Shown in pieces: positions 1-9,349 of a stretch of DNA of 49,941 bases. The position numbers and the translations under genes were made by a program. The DNA is taken from IMG/VR virus record IMGVR_UViG_2529293060_000008; one strand, written 5' to 3'. The stretch is from a virus (Duplodnaviria; Heunggongvirae; Uroviricota; Caudoviricetes). The first letter of the stretch is position 1. Each line of letters begins with the position of its first letter. The notes below the pieces were generated by a model that saw only the letters and a program-made list of their open reading frames with translations, was not told the origin of the DNA and did no database searches.

Positions 1-1284
1 TTACTTCTTCGCCTCTGCAACCACTTTACTACCCACGCCGCGGTTATTGTATTCCCACATGCGGTTGTAGTTAGTGTCATTCAGATTGCGCTGTATTTCG
101 TCGTTATCATCTACGCTGCCGGTATTACCCGCAAACGGACGATTAGAGATCACCGCATCGGCCCACGGTTTAGCCGTGTTAAAACCTTCGTTGATGGCGC
201 TATCACGGATCACCACCTGACCGTTGGTATTGGCATCAACATCCAGCGAGCGGCCCAGTTGCGCCACACCATCACCGAAAGCATTGAAACGGCTGTTTAC
301 GGCGAGGAAACCGTAGTAAATGTTGGACAGCGTAGCCGGTGCAAACACATACGCTTCTTGCTGAGTACGTGAGTTCACCACGCGGAATTCGGTGTTATCG
401 AACACCACTGCGCCGCGACCAGAAACGATATCCACATCCCCTTCAATGTAGCTGTTGGTCACCAGCGTACGCGGCTGACGATTCGTTTCCAGACGGTTCT
501 GCACACCGCTGTTGGTGACAAAGAAGGTGTTCTGACGACCGAGAATGTTAACGTTGTTAATCTGTACCTGGTCACCATCAGTACGCAGTGCCACCGCCGG
601 ATGGTTACCTGCATCTACGCTATCGCCCAGCGTGTTTTCGATGGTCAGATTTTGCAGTTGCAGGCCATTGTTTTGTGACCAGAAGACCGCAGAGCAGAGA
701 ACACCGATACTGTCGCTGCGTTTGCTCTGGCAGCTATCGTACATATACCACGCTGGTTTACCTGGCATATATTTGCCGCGCGGGTTGACGTCGTGACGCC
801 AGTCGGCAGGGCTCATGCCACCATCAAGGGAAAGCCCAATCTTCACATCAATCGGTTTTTCACCTGTACCGTACAGAGTAATTCCACCCGGAGCGGCAGG
901 GACATATACCGTTCCCTGATACTCACCAGGCATCACGGCAATATACTGGCGCTTGTTGGTACGCTTGATAATTGCCGCATCTACCGCCGCCTGAATCGTG
1001 GTATGCGTTACACCTTGAGTGCCCGCCGGGCCGACAACAAAGTCAGGTTGCGCAGGCAGGGTAATCGGGGAAGGATTCCACGCTGCTGCACCTGGTGTCA
1101 GGGATGCAAAATAGTGTTGAGCATCGAAATTCTGCGCTTCTTTTGCCGACAGAATCGGGCGAGAAGAGGTACCAGGCGCGGTTTGATCAGAAGGACGTTG
1201 ATCGGGCGGGGTTGAGCTACAGGCGGTCAGCGTCACGCCAAAAGCCAATGCCAGCGCCAGACGGGAAACTGAAAATGTGTTCAC
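1..1284 (-). CDS. ybhC: Host outer-membrane lipoprotein YbhC (pectinesterase-like), the gene flanking lambda attB
   Basis: 427-aa ORF with lipoprotein signal (LTACSS) matching E. coli YbhC from memory; lies immediately beside the att core. Confidence 0.85.
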   Translation of the reverse strand: MNTFSVSRLALALAFGVTLTACSSTPPDQRPSDQTAPGTSSRPILSAKEAQNFDAQHYFASLTPGAAAWNPSPITLPAQPDFVVGPAGTQGVTHTTIQAAVDAAIIKRTNKRQYIAVMPGEYQGTVYVPAAPGGITLYGTGEKPIDVKIGLSLDGGMSPADWRHDVNPRGKYMPGKPAWYMYDSCQSKRSDSIGVLCSAVFWSQNNGLQLQNLTIENTLGDSVDAGNHPAVALRTDGDQVQINNVNILGRQNTFFVTNSGVQNRLETNRQPRTLVTNSYIEGDVDIVSGRGAVVFDNTEFRVVNSRTQQEAYVFAPATLSNIYYGFLAVNSRFNAFGDGVAQLGRSLDVDANTNGQVVIRDSAINEGFNTAKPWADAVISNRPFAGNTGSVDDNDEIQRNLNDTNYNRMWEYNNRGVGSKVVAEAKK

Positions 1285-1315
1285 AGGTTGCTCCGGGCTA
1301 TGAAATAGAAAAATG

Positions 1316-1420
1316 AATCCGTTGAAGCCTGCTTTTTTATACTAAGTTGGCATTATAAAAAAGCATTGCTTATCAATTTGTTGCAACGAACAGGTCACTA
1401 TCAGTCAAAATAAAATCATT
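1316..1420. other. attL: attL: lambda-type core GCTTTTTTATACTAA (1331..1345) with phage P' arm to the right
   Basis: Exact lambda core at 1331..1345; downstream sequence gttggcattataaaaaagcattgcttatcaatttgttgcaacgaacaggtcactatcagtcaaaataaaatcattatttg matches the lambda attP P' arm as I recall it; int follows directly. Confidence 0.85.
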
Positions 1421-2489
1421 ATTTGATTTCAATTTTGTCCCACTCCCTGCCTCTGTCATCACGATACTGTGATGCCATGGTGTCCGACTTATGCCCGAGA
1501 AGATGTTGAGCAAACTTATCGCTTATCTGCTTCTCATAGAGTCTTGCAGACAAACTGCGCAACTCGTGAAAGGTAGGCGGATCCCCTTCGAAGGAAAGAC
1601 CTGATGCTTTTCGTGCGCGCATAAAATACCTTGATACTGTGCCGGATGAAAGCGGTTCGCGACGAGTAGATGCAATTATGGTTTCTCCGCCAAGAATCTC
1701 TTTGCATTTATCAAGTGTTTCCTTCATTGATATTCCGAGAGCATCAACATGCAATGCTGTTGGGATGGCAATTTTTACGCCTGTTTTGCTTTGCTCGACA
1801 TAAAGATATCCATCTACGATATCAGACCACTTCATTTCGCATAAATCACCAACTCGTTGCCCGGTAACAACAGCCAGTTCCATTGCAAGTCTGAGCCAAC
1901 ATGGTGATGATTCTGCTGCTTGATAAATTTTCAGGTATTCGTCAGCCGTAAGTCTTGATCTCCTTACCTCTGATTTTGCTGCGCGAGTGGCAGCGACAGG
2001 GTTTGTTGTTATATGGCCTTCAGCTATTGCCTCTCGGAATGCATCGCTCAGTGTTGATCTGATTAACTTGGCTGACGCCGCCTTGCCCTCGTCTATGTAT
2101 CCATTGAGCATTGCCGCAATTTCTTTTGTGGTGATGTCTTCAAGTGGAGCATCAGGCAGACCCCTCCTTATTGCTTTAATTTTGCTCATGTAATTTATGA
2201 GTGTCTTCTGCTTGATTCCTCTGCTGGCCAGGATTTTTTCGTAGCGATCAAGCCATGAATGTAACGTAACGGAATTATCACTGTTGATTCTCGCTGTCAG
2301 AGGCTTGTGTTTGTGTCCTGAAAATAACCCAATGTTGGCCTGTATAGCTTCAGTGATTGCGATTCGCCTGTCTCGGCCTAATCCAAACTCTTTACCCGTC
2401 CTTGGGTCCCTGTAGCAGTAATATCCATTGTTTCTTATATAAAGGTTAGGGGGTAAATCCCGGCGCTCATGACTTCGCCTTCTTCCCAT
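1419..2489 (-). CDS. int: Lambda-type integrase (tyrosine recombinase)
   Basis: 356 aa, near-identical to lambda Int as recalled (MGRRRSHERRDLPPNLYIRNNGYYCYRDPRTGKEF...); adjacent to attL. Confidence 0.95.
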   Translation of the reverse strand: MGRRRSHERRDLPPNLYIRNNGYYCYRDPRTGKEFGLGRDRRIAITEAIQANIGLFSGHKHKPLTARINSDNSVTLHSWLDRYEKILASRGIKQKTLINYMSKIKAIRRGLPDAPLEDITTKEIAAMLNGYIDEGKAASAKLIRSTLSDAFREAIAEGHITTNPVAATRAAKSEVRRSRLTADEYLKIYQAAESSPCWLRLAMELAVVTGQRVGDLCEMKWSDIVDGYLYVEQSKTGVKIAIPTALHVDALGISMKETLDKCKEILGGETIIASTRREPLSSGTVSRYFMRARKASGLSFEGDPPTFHELRSLSARLYEKQISDKFAQHLLGHKSDTMASQYRDDRGREWDKIEIK

Positions 2490-2685
2490 TTCTGATCCTC
2501 TTCAAAAGGCTACCTGTTACTGGTCGATTTAAGTCAACCTTTACCGCTGATTCGTGGAACAGATATTCTCTTCCATCCTTAACCGGAGGAGGGAATATCC
2601 TGCATTCGCGCACCCATCGACGAACTGTTTCAAGGCTTCTTGGGCGTCGCTGGCGAGCGTTCCACTCCTGAAGTGTCAAGTACAT
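2467..2685 (-). CDS. xis: Excisionase
   Basis: 72 aa (MYLTLQEWNARQRRPRSLETVRRWVRECRIFPPP...) matching lambda Xis; overlaps int 5' end as in lambda. Confidence 0.95.
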   Translation of the reverse strand: MYLTLQEWNARQRRPRSLETVRRWVRECRIFPPPVKDGREYLFHESAVKVDLNRPVTGSLLKRIRNGKKAKS

Positions 2686-2900
2686 CGCAAAGTCTCCGCA
2701 ATTACACGCAAGAAAAAACCGCCATCAGGCGGCTTGGTGTTCTTTCAGTTCTTCAATTCGAATATTGGTTACGTCTGCATGTGCTATCTGCGCCCACAGC
2801 ATCCAGTGGTCATAGCAGTCGCTGATGTTCTCGGCTTCGATAACTCTGTTGAATGGTTCTCCATTCTATTCACCTGTAACTCGGAAGTGCATTTATCATC

Positions 2901-2960
2901 GCCATAAAACAAAACTCGCCGTAGCGAGTTCAGATAAAAGAAAACCCGCACTCGGCGGGT
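2901..2960 (-). terminator. Two tandem stem-loops each followed by a T-run on the minus strand (leftward-transcript terminators)
   Basis: Hairpins ACTCGC-cgta-GCGAGT (2914..2929) and ACCCGC-actcg-GCGGGT (2944..2960); minus strand reads GGGTTTTCTTTTAT and TTTGTTTTAT after the stems. Confidence 0.45.
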
Positions 2961-3240
2961 TCGCATTCGTTCAAATTGCGTTTACTTCTTGGCGTTCTGT
3001 TCATCCATATCGATATACCATGGGTTGCTTCCCTTGGGCATGTTTAACGACTGCTCGCGATAGTATCTGATGCGCTCCATGAAATACTCGCGTGAGTGCT
3101 CAGGTTGCTCTCATGATACCTGCTCAGTGATAACAGGTATGTTAAGGCGCTCTCTGTACTCCATGCCTGATGCTGCAAGGTCAACGTTTACCTTGTTCTG
3201 TTTTTCTTTCGATTTCTCGGCGATGTTATGCCTGACATTG

Positions 3241-3483
3241 TCAACCCGCCTCCTTCTGAACATAACGGTTATAAATCAGTCCCTGAGGGCCATAAGGAAG
3301 CGGGATGTGCAACTCCTCTGGTTCAGAAACTATCCATTCCCCGGCCATCTCCGCTGGAGAGGTAATGATAAGTTGTTTGCTAATAAAAGGACCACTCCTC
3401 TCAACAACAAGCTTACCATCTTCATTAATAAAAGCTTGGATGTCAGGTGTGCTTCCACACTTGGTGATGCAGCGTTTGAACAT
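3241..3483 (-). CDS. Hypothetical small protein (lambda ea8.5 position)
   Basis: ORF in the int-proximal accessory region; start chosen at the Met preceded by a GGGGGGA Shine-Dalgarno-like run; identity not recognised. Confidence 0.35.
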   Translation of the reverse strand: MFKRCITKCGSTPDIQAFINEDGKLVVERSGPFISKQLIITSPAEMAGEWIVSEPEELHIPLPYGPQGLIYNRYVQKEAG

Positions 3484-3609
3484 TTTGTGTCCCCCCATTT
3501 TATGGACGGGGTAATTATAACACATTGAAATATAGTAATATTTGACGTAGATTTCTTTTGATCTATAAGCGATTTTTTAATGCTTTTAAGTTATAAATAC
3601 TTGTTTTCA

Positions 3610-4185
3610 TCACCCATCTTGCTGCGGTGCTACTATTGAAAAGTACTCACACCCTTTAGCCCAAATAGTTTTGATAGTTGTCCAACTGACTGGAACCTTG
3701 ATTTCGATTCTTCCGCTGCCGTCACAAGTTTCGCAATCATCATCACCAAAGCATTCCGGGCAGCTTATAAACGTAGTTTCTGAAAATTCACCGGATAGCA
3801 CACCCTTAGCGCCGTTCTCAGCGGTTAGTTTCTTCGGCACTATAACCCAACCATCCGGAGTTACCGGAGAGTTGCCATTTATATCGAAGTTTGGCTCTGC
3901 GTCCTGAACCAGGAGGATGTAACCATTCTTGGCAGTATCAAGTTCTAACGCCTCGGTGACGGTACCGAAATAGCGATTACCTAAATCCGCATCACAAGTG
4001 CTTACATCAATGGAAACCTCCATGCCTTCGATTAATTCTGGCAAGTTGTAAGTTTGGCTTACAGGTTCTGCTCCCAGTGATGCCAGTGCAATTCGTGCCA
4101 GTTCCATTTGTTCGCCACGAGTAAGCCCGTTTTCAAGCGGATTTTTAATGAACAATTCAATACGTTCTTTGGTAATAGTGGTCAT
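3610..4185 (-). CDS. Hypothetical protein with C-terminal CxxC...CxxCxGxG zinc-finger-like motif
   Basis: 191-aa ORF; CPECFGDDDCETCDGSG resembles a DnaJ-type zinc-finger repeat; same strand as neighbouring early-left genes. Confidence 0.5.
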   Translation of the reverse strand: MTTITKERIELFIKNPLENGLTRGEQMELARIALASLGAEPVSQTYNLPELIEGMEVSIDVSTCDADLGNRYFGTVTEALELDTAKNGYILLVQDAEPNFDINGNSPVTPDGWVIVPKKLTAENGAKGVLSGEFSETTFISCPECFGDDDCETCDGSGRIEIKVPVSWTTIKTIWAKGCEYFSIVAPQQDG

Positions 4186-4195
4186 TTGTTAGTCC

Positions 4196-4951
4196 TTAAA
4201 CTGCTAGTTGCAATTGCATTTCAAAGCGGTCGCGTTGTTCACAATACGCAAGAGAACCAGGGCTATTGTGTGCCTCAATCCGTTCTACCATTAATGCTGC
4301 GCGTGTCTCTTTACTTGCAGGTGCATAAGCCCCAGACCAGGCTTTATCAATACCGATGTTTCGAGCGACGTTCGTACTATCTGCGCTGGCTAAGGGTAAT
4401 TTTGTGAATATCAGCGGATTTAACATGCGCAATCCATGTAGTTTCGTAACCGGCTGACCATGCCCATCAACAATGTGACGAATCAGGTCTTTCATTCTGG
4501 CTACCGCAAGAGTTGGGCGCTTTACGTCATAGTCGCCACAACTACCGATAGCCACTCGCGGAAACTCATTGCACAAATGAATAAATCGCTCGTCACTTTC
4601 ATTCATGTGCCACACTGGAACGCCAGCTAGTTTTCCGTGAGGCCACTCATTCAGAAGCGCATCATTTTCCTCCTCTCCGCCATCAATAACATCCGGGATA
4701 ATGGCAAAATCGAATCCTGGGTGATTCTTCCAGCGAGCAACAAAATCGTAGTAATCGCTCCAGTCGATTTTGTTTTTGCCAGCTGCTTTCCAGGCGGTGA
4801 ATGCACCGTTGTCCAGCGCGAACGACTGACAGTATTCAGCCGCGAGATTGATCTGGCCTGAATGCGCAAAACTGATAAACGCATGTCGCCCTTTCCATGC
4901 TCTCATTGCGCACGTATCAGGAGTAATAGGCCCACCGTGGTAGTGAATCAT
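4196..4951 (-). CDS. Hypothetical protein, possible TGT-fold (tRNA-guanine transglycosylase / DpdA-like) enzyme
   Basis: 251 aa from MIHYHGGPITP...; motifs LDNGAF and FDFAIIPDV loosely resemble TGT-family Asp-containing motifs; assignment from memory only. Confidence 0.4.
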   Translation of the reverse strand: MIHYHGGPITPDTCAMRAWKGRHAFISFAHSGQINLAAEYCQSFALDNGAFTAWKAAGKNKIDWSDYYDFVARWKNHPGFDFAIIPDVIDGGEEENDALLNEWPHGKLAGVPVWHMNESDERFIHLCNEFPRVAIGSCGDYDVKRPTLAVARMKDLIRHIVDGHGQPVTKLHGLRMLNPLIFTKLPLASADSTNVARNIGIDKAWSGAYAPASKETRAALMVERIEAHNSPGSLAYCEQRDRFEMQLQLAV

Positions 4952-4952
4952 C

Positions 4953-5360
4953 TCACTCTCCTTTGATGCGAATGCCAGTAGCGCGGATTGCATCGATGAC
5001 TTCAGAAACTTTGTATGCCATTACCGTTTGGTAATCATCGTGAAAATCTGTTCGATGAAGCATGCTGCTACGTTCCGGGAGCAGTATTTCCCGCGCTTCC
5101 AATTCTGCAATGCGCTTTTTTGCTGCTTCCAGTGAATCCAGTAATTCCAGCACGGTAGCCGGATTAGCCTTGGCAACAAAATCCCGGACTGGCTTACAAT
5201 CAATCTCCGCAATGGGTTGATACGATGTGTAGCCATGCTGTCTTGTATAACTACCGTGACGAATAACGAAAAAATCACCATTTATTTTTTTAGCCTGCCA
5301 CTTATCTTCACCGGCTTTCTCTGCCGCTTCACGCAGTGCCTGAGAGTTAATTTCGCTCAC
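4953..5360 (-). CDS. Ead/Ea22-like prophage protein
   Basis: 135 aa with coiled-coil-like ATVLELLDSLEAAKKRIAELEAREILL segment typical of Ea22-like proteins; tight spacing to the downstream gene. Confidence 0.45.
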   Translation of the reverse strand: MSEINSQALREAAEKAGEDKWQAKKINGDFFVIRHGSYTRQHGYTSYQPIAEIDCKPVRDFVAKANPATVLELLDSLEAAKKRIAELEAREILLPERSSMLHRTDFHDDYQTVMAYKVSEVIDAIRATGIRIKGE

Positions 5361-5578
5361 TTCGAACCTCTCTGTTTACTGATAAGCTCCAGATCTTGCT
5401 GGCAACTGGCACAAGTCCGACAACCCTGAACGGCCAGTCGTCTTCGTTCATCTATCGGATCGCCACACTCACAACAATGAGTGGCAGATATAGCCTGGTG
5501 GTTCAGGCGGCGCATTTTTATTGCTGTGTTGCGCTGTAATTCTTCAATTTCTGATGCTGAATCAATTATGTCTGCCAT
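5357..5578 (-). CDS. DksA/TraR-family C4 zinc-finger protein
   Basis: 73 aa with CCECGDPIDERRRLAVQGCRTCASC (C4 zinc finger) as in phage TraR homologues; ATGA-type overlap with the downstream gene. Confidence 0.7.
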   Translation of the reverse strand: MADIIDSASEIEELQRNTAIKMRRLNHQAISATHCCECGDPIDERRRLAVQGCRTCASCQQDLELISKQRGSK

Positions 5579-5676
5579 CTTTCATTAATCCCTGAATTGT
5601 TGGTTAATACGCTTGAGGGTGAATGCGAATAATAAAAAAGGAGCCTGTAGCTCCCTGATGATTTTGCTTTTCATGT

Positions 5677-5892
5677 TCACCGTTCCTTAAAGACGCCGTT
5701 CAACATGCCGATCGCCAGGCTTAAATGAGTCGGTGTGAATCCCATCAGCGTTACCGTTTCGCGGTGCTTCTTTAGTACGCTACGGCAAATGTCATCGACG
5801 TTTTTATCCGGAAACTGCTGTCTGGCTTTTTTGATTTCAGAATTAGCCTGACGGGCAATGCTGCGAAGGGCGTTTTCTTGCTGAGGTGTCAT
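5677..5892 (-). CDS. Hypothetical protein
   Basis: ORF in the same operon orientation; start placed at the internal ATG (MTPQQENALRS...); no recognised family. Confidence 0.35.
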   Translation of the reverse strand: MTPQQENALRSIARQANSEIKKARQQFPDKNVDDICRSVLKKHRETVTLMGFTPTHLSLAIGMLNGVFKER

Positions 5893-5968
5893 TGAACAAG
5901 CCCCATGTCGGCAAGCATAAGCACACAGAATATGAAGCCCGCTGCCAGAAAAATGCATTCAGTGGTTG

Positions 5969-6160
5969 TCATACCTGGTCTCTCTCATCTGCTTCTGCTT
6001 TCGCCACCATCATTTCCAGCTTTTGTGAAAGGGATGTGGCTAACGTATGAAATTCTTCGTCTGTTTCTACTGGTATTGGCACAAACCTGACTCCAATTTG
6101 AGCAAGGCTATGTGCCATCTCAATACTCGTTCTTAACTCAACAGGAGATGCTTTGTGCAT
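5969..6160 (-). CDS. Small conserved lambdoid protein (lambda orf63-like)
   Basis: 63 aa, [23 protein letters not shown]...; position directly before exo as in lambda. Confidence 0.5.
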   Translation of the reverse strand: MHKASPVELRTSIEMAHSLAQIGVRFVPIPVETDEEFHTLATSLSQKLEMMVAKAEADERDQV

Positions 6161-6321
6161 ACCGTCTCCCGTTTATTATTTATCTTCTCAGCCAGCCGCT
6201 GTGCTTTCAGTGGATTTCTGATAACAGAAAGGCCGGGAAATACCCAGCCTCGCTTCTTAACGGAGTAGACGAAAGTGATCGTGCCTACGCGGATATTATC
6301 GTGAGGATGTTTCATCGCCAT
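6133..6321 (-). CDS. Small conserved lambdoid protein (lambda orf61-like)
   Basis: 62-aa ORF immediately upstream of exo on the same strand; overlaps neighbours as in lambda. Confidence 0.4.
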   Translation of the reverse strand: MAMKHPHDNIRVGTITFVYSVKKRGWVFPGLSVIRNPLKAQRLAEKINNKRETVCTKHLLLS

Positions 6322-6992
6322 TGCTCCCCAAATACAAAACCAATTTCAGCCAGTGCCTCGTCCATTTTTTCGATGAACTCCGGCACCATCTCGTCAAAAC
6401 TCGCTATATACTTTTCATTCCGCTCAATCACGACATAATGCAGGCCTTCACGCTTCATACGCGGGTCATAGTTGGCAAAGTACCAGGCATCTTTTCGCGT
6501 CACCCACATGCTGTACTGCACCTGGGCCATGTAAGCCGACTTTATGGCCTCGAAACCACCGAGCCGGAATTTCATGAAATCTCGGGAGGTAAACGGGCAT
6601 TTCAGCTCAAGGCCATTGCCGTCACTGCATAAACCATCGGGAGAGCAGGCGGTGCGCATACTTTCGTCGCGATAGATTATCGGGGATTCAGTAACATTCA
6701 CGCCGGAAGTAAACTCAAACAGGGCTCTGGCGTCGTTCTCGTACTGTTTTCCCCAGGCCAGCGCCTTAGCGTTAACTTCCGGAGCCACACCGGTGCAAAT
6801 CTCAGCCAGCAGGGTGTGAAAGTAGGACATTTTCATGTCAGGCCACTTTTTTCCGGAGCGGGGTTTTGCTATCACATTGTGAACTTCTGAAGCCGTGATG
6901 ACGCCGAGTCGTAATTTGTGCCACGCATCATCTCCCTGTTCGACAGCTCTCACGTCGATCCCGGTACGCTGCAGGATAATGTCCGGTGTCAT
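6312..6992 (-). CDS. exo: Lambda exonuclease (Red alpha)
   Basis: 226 aa, matches lambda Exo as recalled ([58 protein letters not shown]...). Confidence 0.95.
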   Translation of the reverse strand: MTPDIILQRTGIDVRAVEQGDDAWHKLRLGVITASEVHNVIAKPRSGKKWPDMKMSYFHTLLAEICTGVAPEVNAKALAWGKQYENDARALFEFTSGVNVTESPIIYRDESMRTACSPDGLCSDGNGLELKCPFTSRDFMKFRLGGFEAIKSAYMAQVQYSMWVTRKDAWYFANYDPRMKREGLHYVVIERNEKYIASFDEMVPEFIEKMDEALAEIGFVFGEQWR

Positions 6993-7774
6993 GCTGCCAC
7001 CTTCTGTTCAGTGGCTTTTTGTTTCAGGAATCCAAGAGCTTTCACTGCTTCGTCCTGTGTCAGTTCTGACGATGCACGAATGTCGCGGCGAAATATCTGG
7101 GAACAGAGCGGCAATAAGTCGTCATCCCATGTTTTATCCAGGGCGATCAGCAGAGTGTTAATCTCCTGCATGGTTTCATCGTTAACCGGAGTGATGTCGC
7201 GTTCTGGATGACGTTCTGCAGTGTATGCGGTATTTTCGACAATGCGCTCGGCTTCATCCTTGTCATAGATACCAGCAAATCCGAAGGCCAGACGGGCACA
7301 CTGAATCATGGCTTTATGCCGTAACATCCGTTTGGGATGCGACTGCCACGGTCCGGTGATTTCTCTGCCTTCGCGGGTTTTGAATGGTTCGCGGCGGCAT
7401 TCATCCATCCACTCGGTAACGCAGATCGGATGATTGCGGTCTTTGCGGTAAATCCGGCACGTACATGATTCATTGTCCTGCTCAAAGTCCATGCCATCAA
7501 ACTGCTGGTTTTCATTGATGATGCGGGACCAGCCATCAACGCCCACCACCGGAACGATGCCGTTCTGCTTATCAGGGAAGGCGTAAATTTCTTTCGTCCA
7601 CGGATTAAGGCCGTACTGGTTGGCGACGATCAACAATGCGATGAACTGCGCATCGCTGGCATCACCTTTAAATGCCGTCTGGCGAAGAGTGGTGATCAGT
7701 TCCTGTGGGTCGACAGAATCCATGCCGACACGTTCAGCCAGCTTCCCAGCCAGCGTTGCGAGTGCTGTACTCAT
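6989..7774 (-). CDS. bet: Red beta single-strand annealing protein
   Basis: 261 aa, matches lambda Bet; ATGA overlap with exo. Confidence 0.95.
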   Translation of the reverse strand: MSTALATLAGKLAERVGMDSVDPQELITTLRQTAFKGDASDAQFIALLIVANQYGLNPWTKEIYAFPDKQNGIVPVVGVDGWSRIINENQQFDGMDFEQDNESCTCRIYRKDRNHPICVTEWMDECRREPFKTREGREITGPWQSHPKRMLRHKAMIQCARLAFGFAGIYDKDEAERIVENTAYTAERHPERDITPVNDETMQEINTLLIALDKTWDDDLLPLCSQIFRRDIRASSELTQDEAVKALGFLKQKATEQKVAA

Positions 7775-7779
7775 CCGTT

Positions 7780-8076
7780 TTATACCTCTGAATCAATATC
7801 AACCTGGTGGTGAGCAATGGTTTCAACCATGTACCGGATGTGTTCTGCCATGCGCTCCTGAAACTCAACATCGTCATCGAACGCACGGGTAATGGCTTTT
7901 TTGCTGACCCCGTGGCGTTGCAAATGATCGATGCATAGCGATTCAAACAGGTGCTGGGGCAGGCCTTTTTCCATGTCGTCTGCCAGTTCTGCCTCTTTCT
8001 CTTCACGGGCGATCTGCTGGTAGTGACGCGCCCAGCTCTGAGCCTCAAGACGATCCTGAATGTAATAAGCGTTCAT
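7780..8076 (-). CDS. gam: Gam (RecBCD inhibitor), short form only
   Basis: 98 aa [61 protein letters not shown]...; an in-frame stop lies 18 codons upstream, so the long isoform is not encoded. Confidence 0.9.
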   Translation of the reverse strand: MNAYYIQDRLEAQSWARHYQQIAREEKEAELADDMEKGLPQHLFESLCIDHLQRHGVSKKAITRAFDDDVEFQERMAEHIRYMVETIAHHQVDIDSEV

Positions 8077-8151
8077 GGCTGAACTCCTGAAAATGGCTGT
8101 GAAAATATCGCCCGCGAAATGCCAGGCTGATTAGGAAAACAGGAAAGGGGG

Positions 8152-8562
8152 TTAGTGATTCAGGCCGTTGCCGCGTCCGTCGAGAAAAACTTCCACGAGC
8201 AAGTCACGGGTATAAGTGCGCTCGATGCCGCGATGCAGATAAAGCCGTCCGCGTAAATTAGCTGATGCAGTCCAGGTACCATCTTTGTGTTTGACCAGCA
8301 TTCCTGGCATGACCGCACCGCGATTAACGGTCTGCGTTCCGTAATGTTGATGAACCATAAAAACTCCTGCCCGTAAGCTGGGCTGCTGAACATATAAAGA
8401 CTTCTGCGCGTATTCAGGCGGTGGATGGCCGCCGGTTGTCATAACTAAGCCGCCTCGTTGAAGCGACTGAGGTATGAAGTGTTGAGTTGATTTCAGCTGG
8501 TCACACCGACGTTCACGCGTCCGCTTCACCCCTCGCACTCCCCGGAGCCTGCTGAAATTCAA
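8152..8562 (-). CDS. Hypothetical early-left protein; Arg-rich N-terminus if the non-ATG start is used (possible N-like antiterminator), alternative ATG start at 8442
   Basis: Track ORF starts at TTG; Arg-rich segment [18 protein letters not shown] resembles an arginine-rich RNA-binding motif; the ATG at 8442 has a GAGG upstream; the rest is not similar to lambda N as I recall it. Confidence 0.3.
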   Translation of the reverse strand: MNFSRLRGVRGVKRTRERRCDQLKSTQHFIPQSLQRGGLVMTTGGHPPPEYAQKSLYVQQPSLRAGVFMVHQHYGTQTVNRGAVMPGMLVKHKDGTWTASANLRGRLYLHRGIERTYTRDLLVEVFLDGRGNGLNH

Positions 8563-8635
8563 GCTGCGGATCTAAGCGGTCATCGCAACGGTGAATCAGG
8601 TGATTGCCGTATCGTTGTGTTGTTGCGACATGGTG

Positions 8636-8690
8636 ACAATAGCTATTGCTATTGATGATATCAATACTTATTGCTATTGCTAGATGTGTT
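8636..8690 (-). promoter_or_regulatory. Candidate OL/pL: operator-like palindromes overlapping a leftward promoter
   Basis: Perfect palindrome CAATAGCTATTG (8636..8647), inverted repeat ATTGAT-gat-ATCAAT, repeated TTGCTATTG; on the minus strand TTGATA-17 nt-TATTGT fits -35/-10; the same 9-mer recurs in the cI-cro intergenic region. Confidence 0.4.
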
Positions 8691-8800
8691 TTGATATTAA
8701 ATATTTGATAGCAAAAAGAATTAATTTTGTGACTTGCATCGCATAGCGATAACTGAAGCGGGGTTGTGGTGGTTTTTTGAACGGTGTGTGTGATGAGGGG

Positions 8801-8831
8801 AGGCAAAAGAAAACCCGGCACGGTGGCCGGG
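8801..8831 (-). terminator. Rho-independent terminator ending the cI-side leftward operon
   Basis: Stem CCCGGC-acggtg-GCCGGG followed on the minus strand by TTTTCTTTTG, a few bases after the stop of the PIN-like gene. Confidence 0.6.
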
Positions 8832-8836
8832 ACGTT

Positions 8837-9349
8837 TTATTTCAAAGAAAAATTATGACTAGCGTATCTTGGAAGAAATTCATATAGTGTTAATGTCTTA
8901 ACGCCGTGAGAAGCAGCAGCATCCGGGATCATTATTCTTTTTTTAGGTTTGCCACCGGATGGTTTCTCATGGGTAATAATAGTATATCCATGTGTCATCG
9001 CATGGGCTATTAAAAAAGCATCTGCTTTTTCATGGCTTGCAAAATCAAACTTTGCCTTTTCGGTAACATCTAATTTAGTTGACCAATTTATTAACTTTGC
9101 ATAATTTTCTATTGAACTATGCTCATCTTCGAAGAATGATGATGGTAACTCTTCTTTAATCCATTTACACAATGGATCATCTTTTGCACATAGTTCTTTT
9201 TTTACAGCATTAATGCTATAAATCAGACCATTAATGTGTAAAGCGAGAAGAAAATCCCAAAATATTTTGCAATAATTGAAGTTATATGCAAAGTTTTTTG
9301 CCTCTATGAAGACATTACTATCAATTAAGAATTTTCCATTATGAATCAT
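8837..9349 (-). CDS. PIN-like nuclease (DUF4411-like), putative toxin or effector
   Basis: 170 aa; N-terminal FLIDSNVFIE and C-terminal DAFLIAHAMTHGYTIITHE resemble PIN-domain motifs; start ATG overlaps the upstream stop (ATGA); visibly AT-rich. Confidence 0.6.
   Translation of the reverse strand: MIHNGKFLIDSNVFIEAKNFAYNFNYCKIFWDFLLALHINGLIYSINAVKKELCAKDDPLCKWIKEELPSSFFEDEHSSIENYAKLINWSTKLDVTEKAKFDFASHEKADAFLIAHAMTHGYTIITHEKPSGGKPKKRIMIPDAAASHGVKTLTLYEFLPRYASHNFSLK

Noticed and set aside
8560-8600. Possible nut site (boxA/boxB) upstream of the early-left ORF
   Set aside because: Only a weak boxA-like CGCTTAGA and no convincing boxB hairpin; left as unresolved rather than annotated.
8513-8821. 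102-aa minus-strand ORF spanning the candidate OL/pL region
   Set aside because: Covers the operator palindromes and promoter-like hexamers; low-complexity translation; more likely non-coding regulatory DNA.
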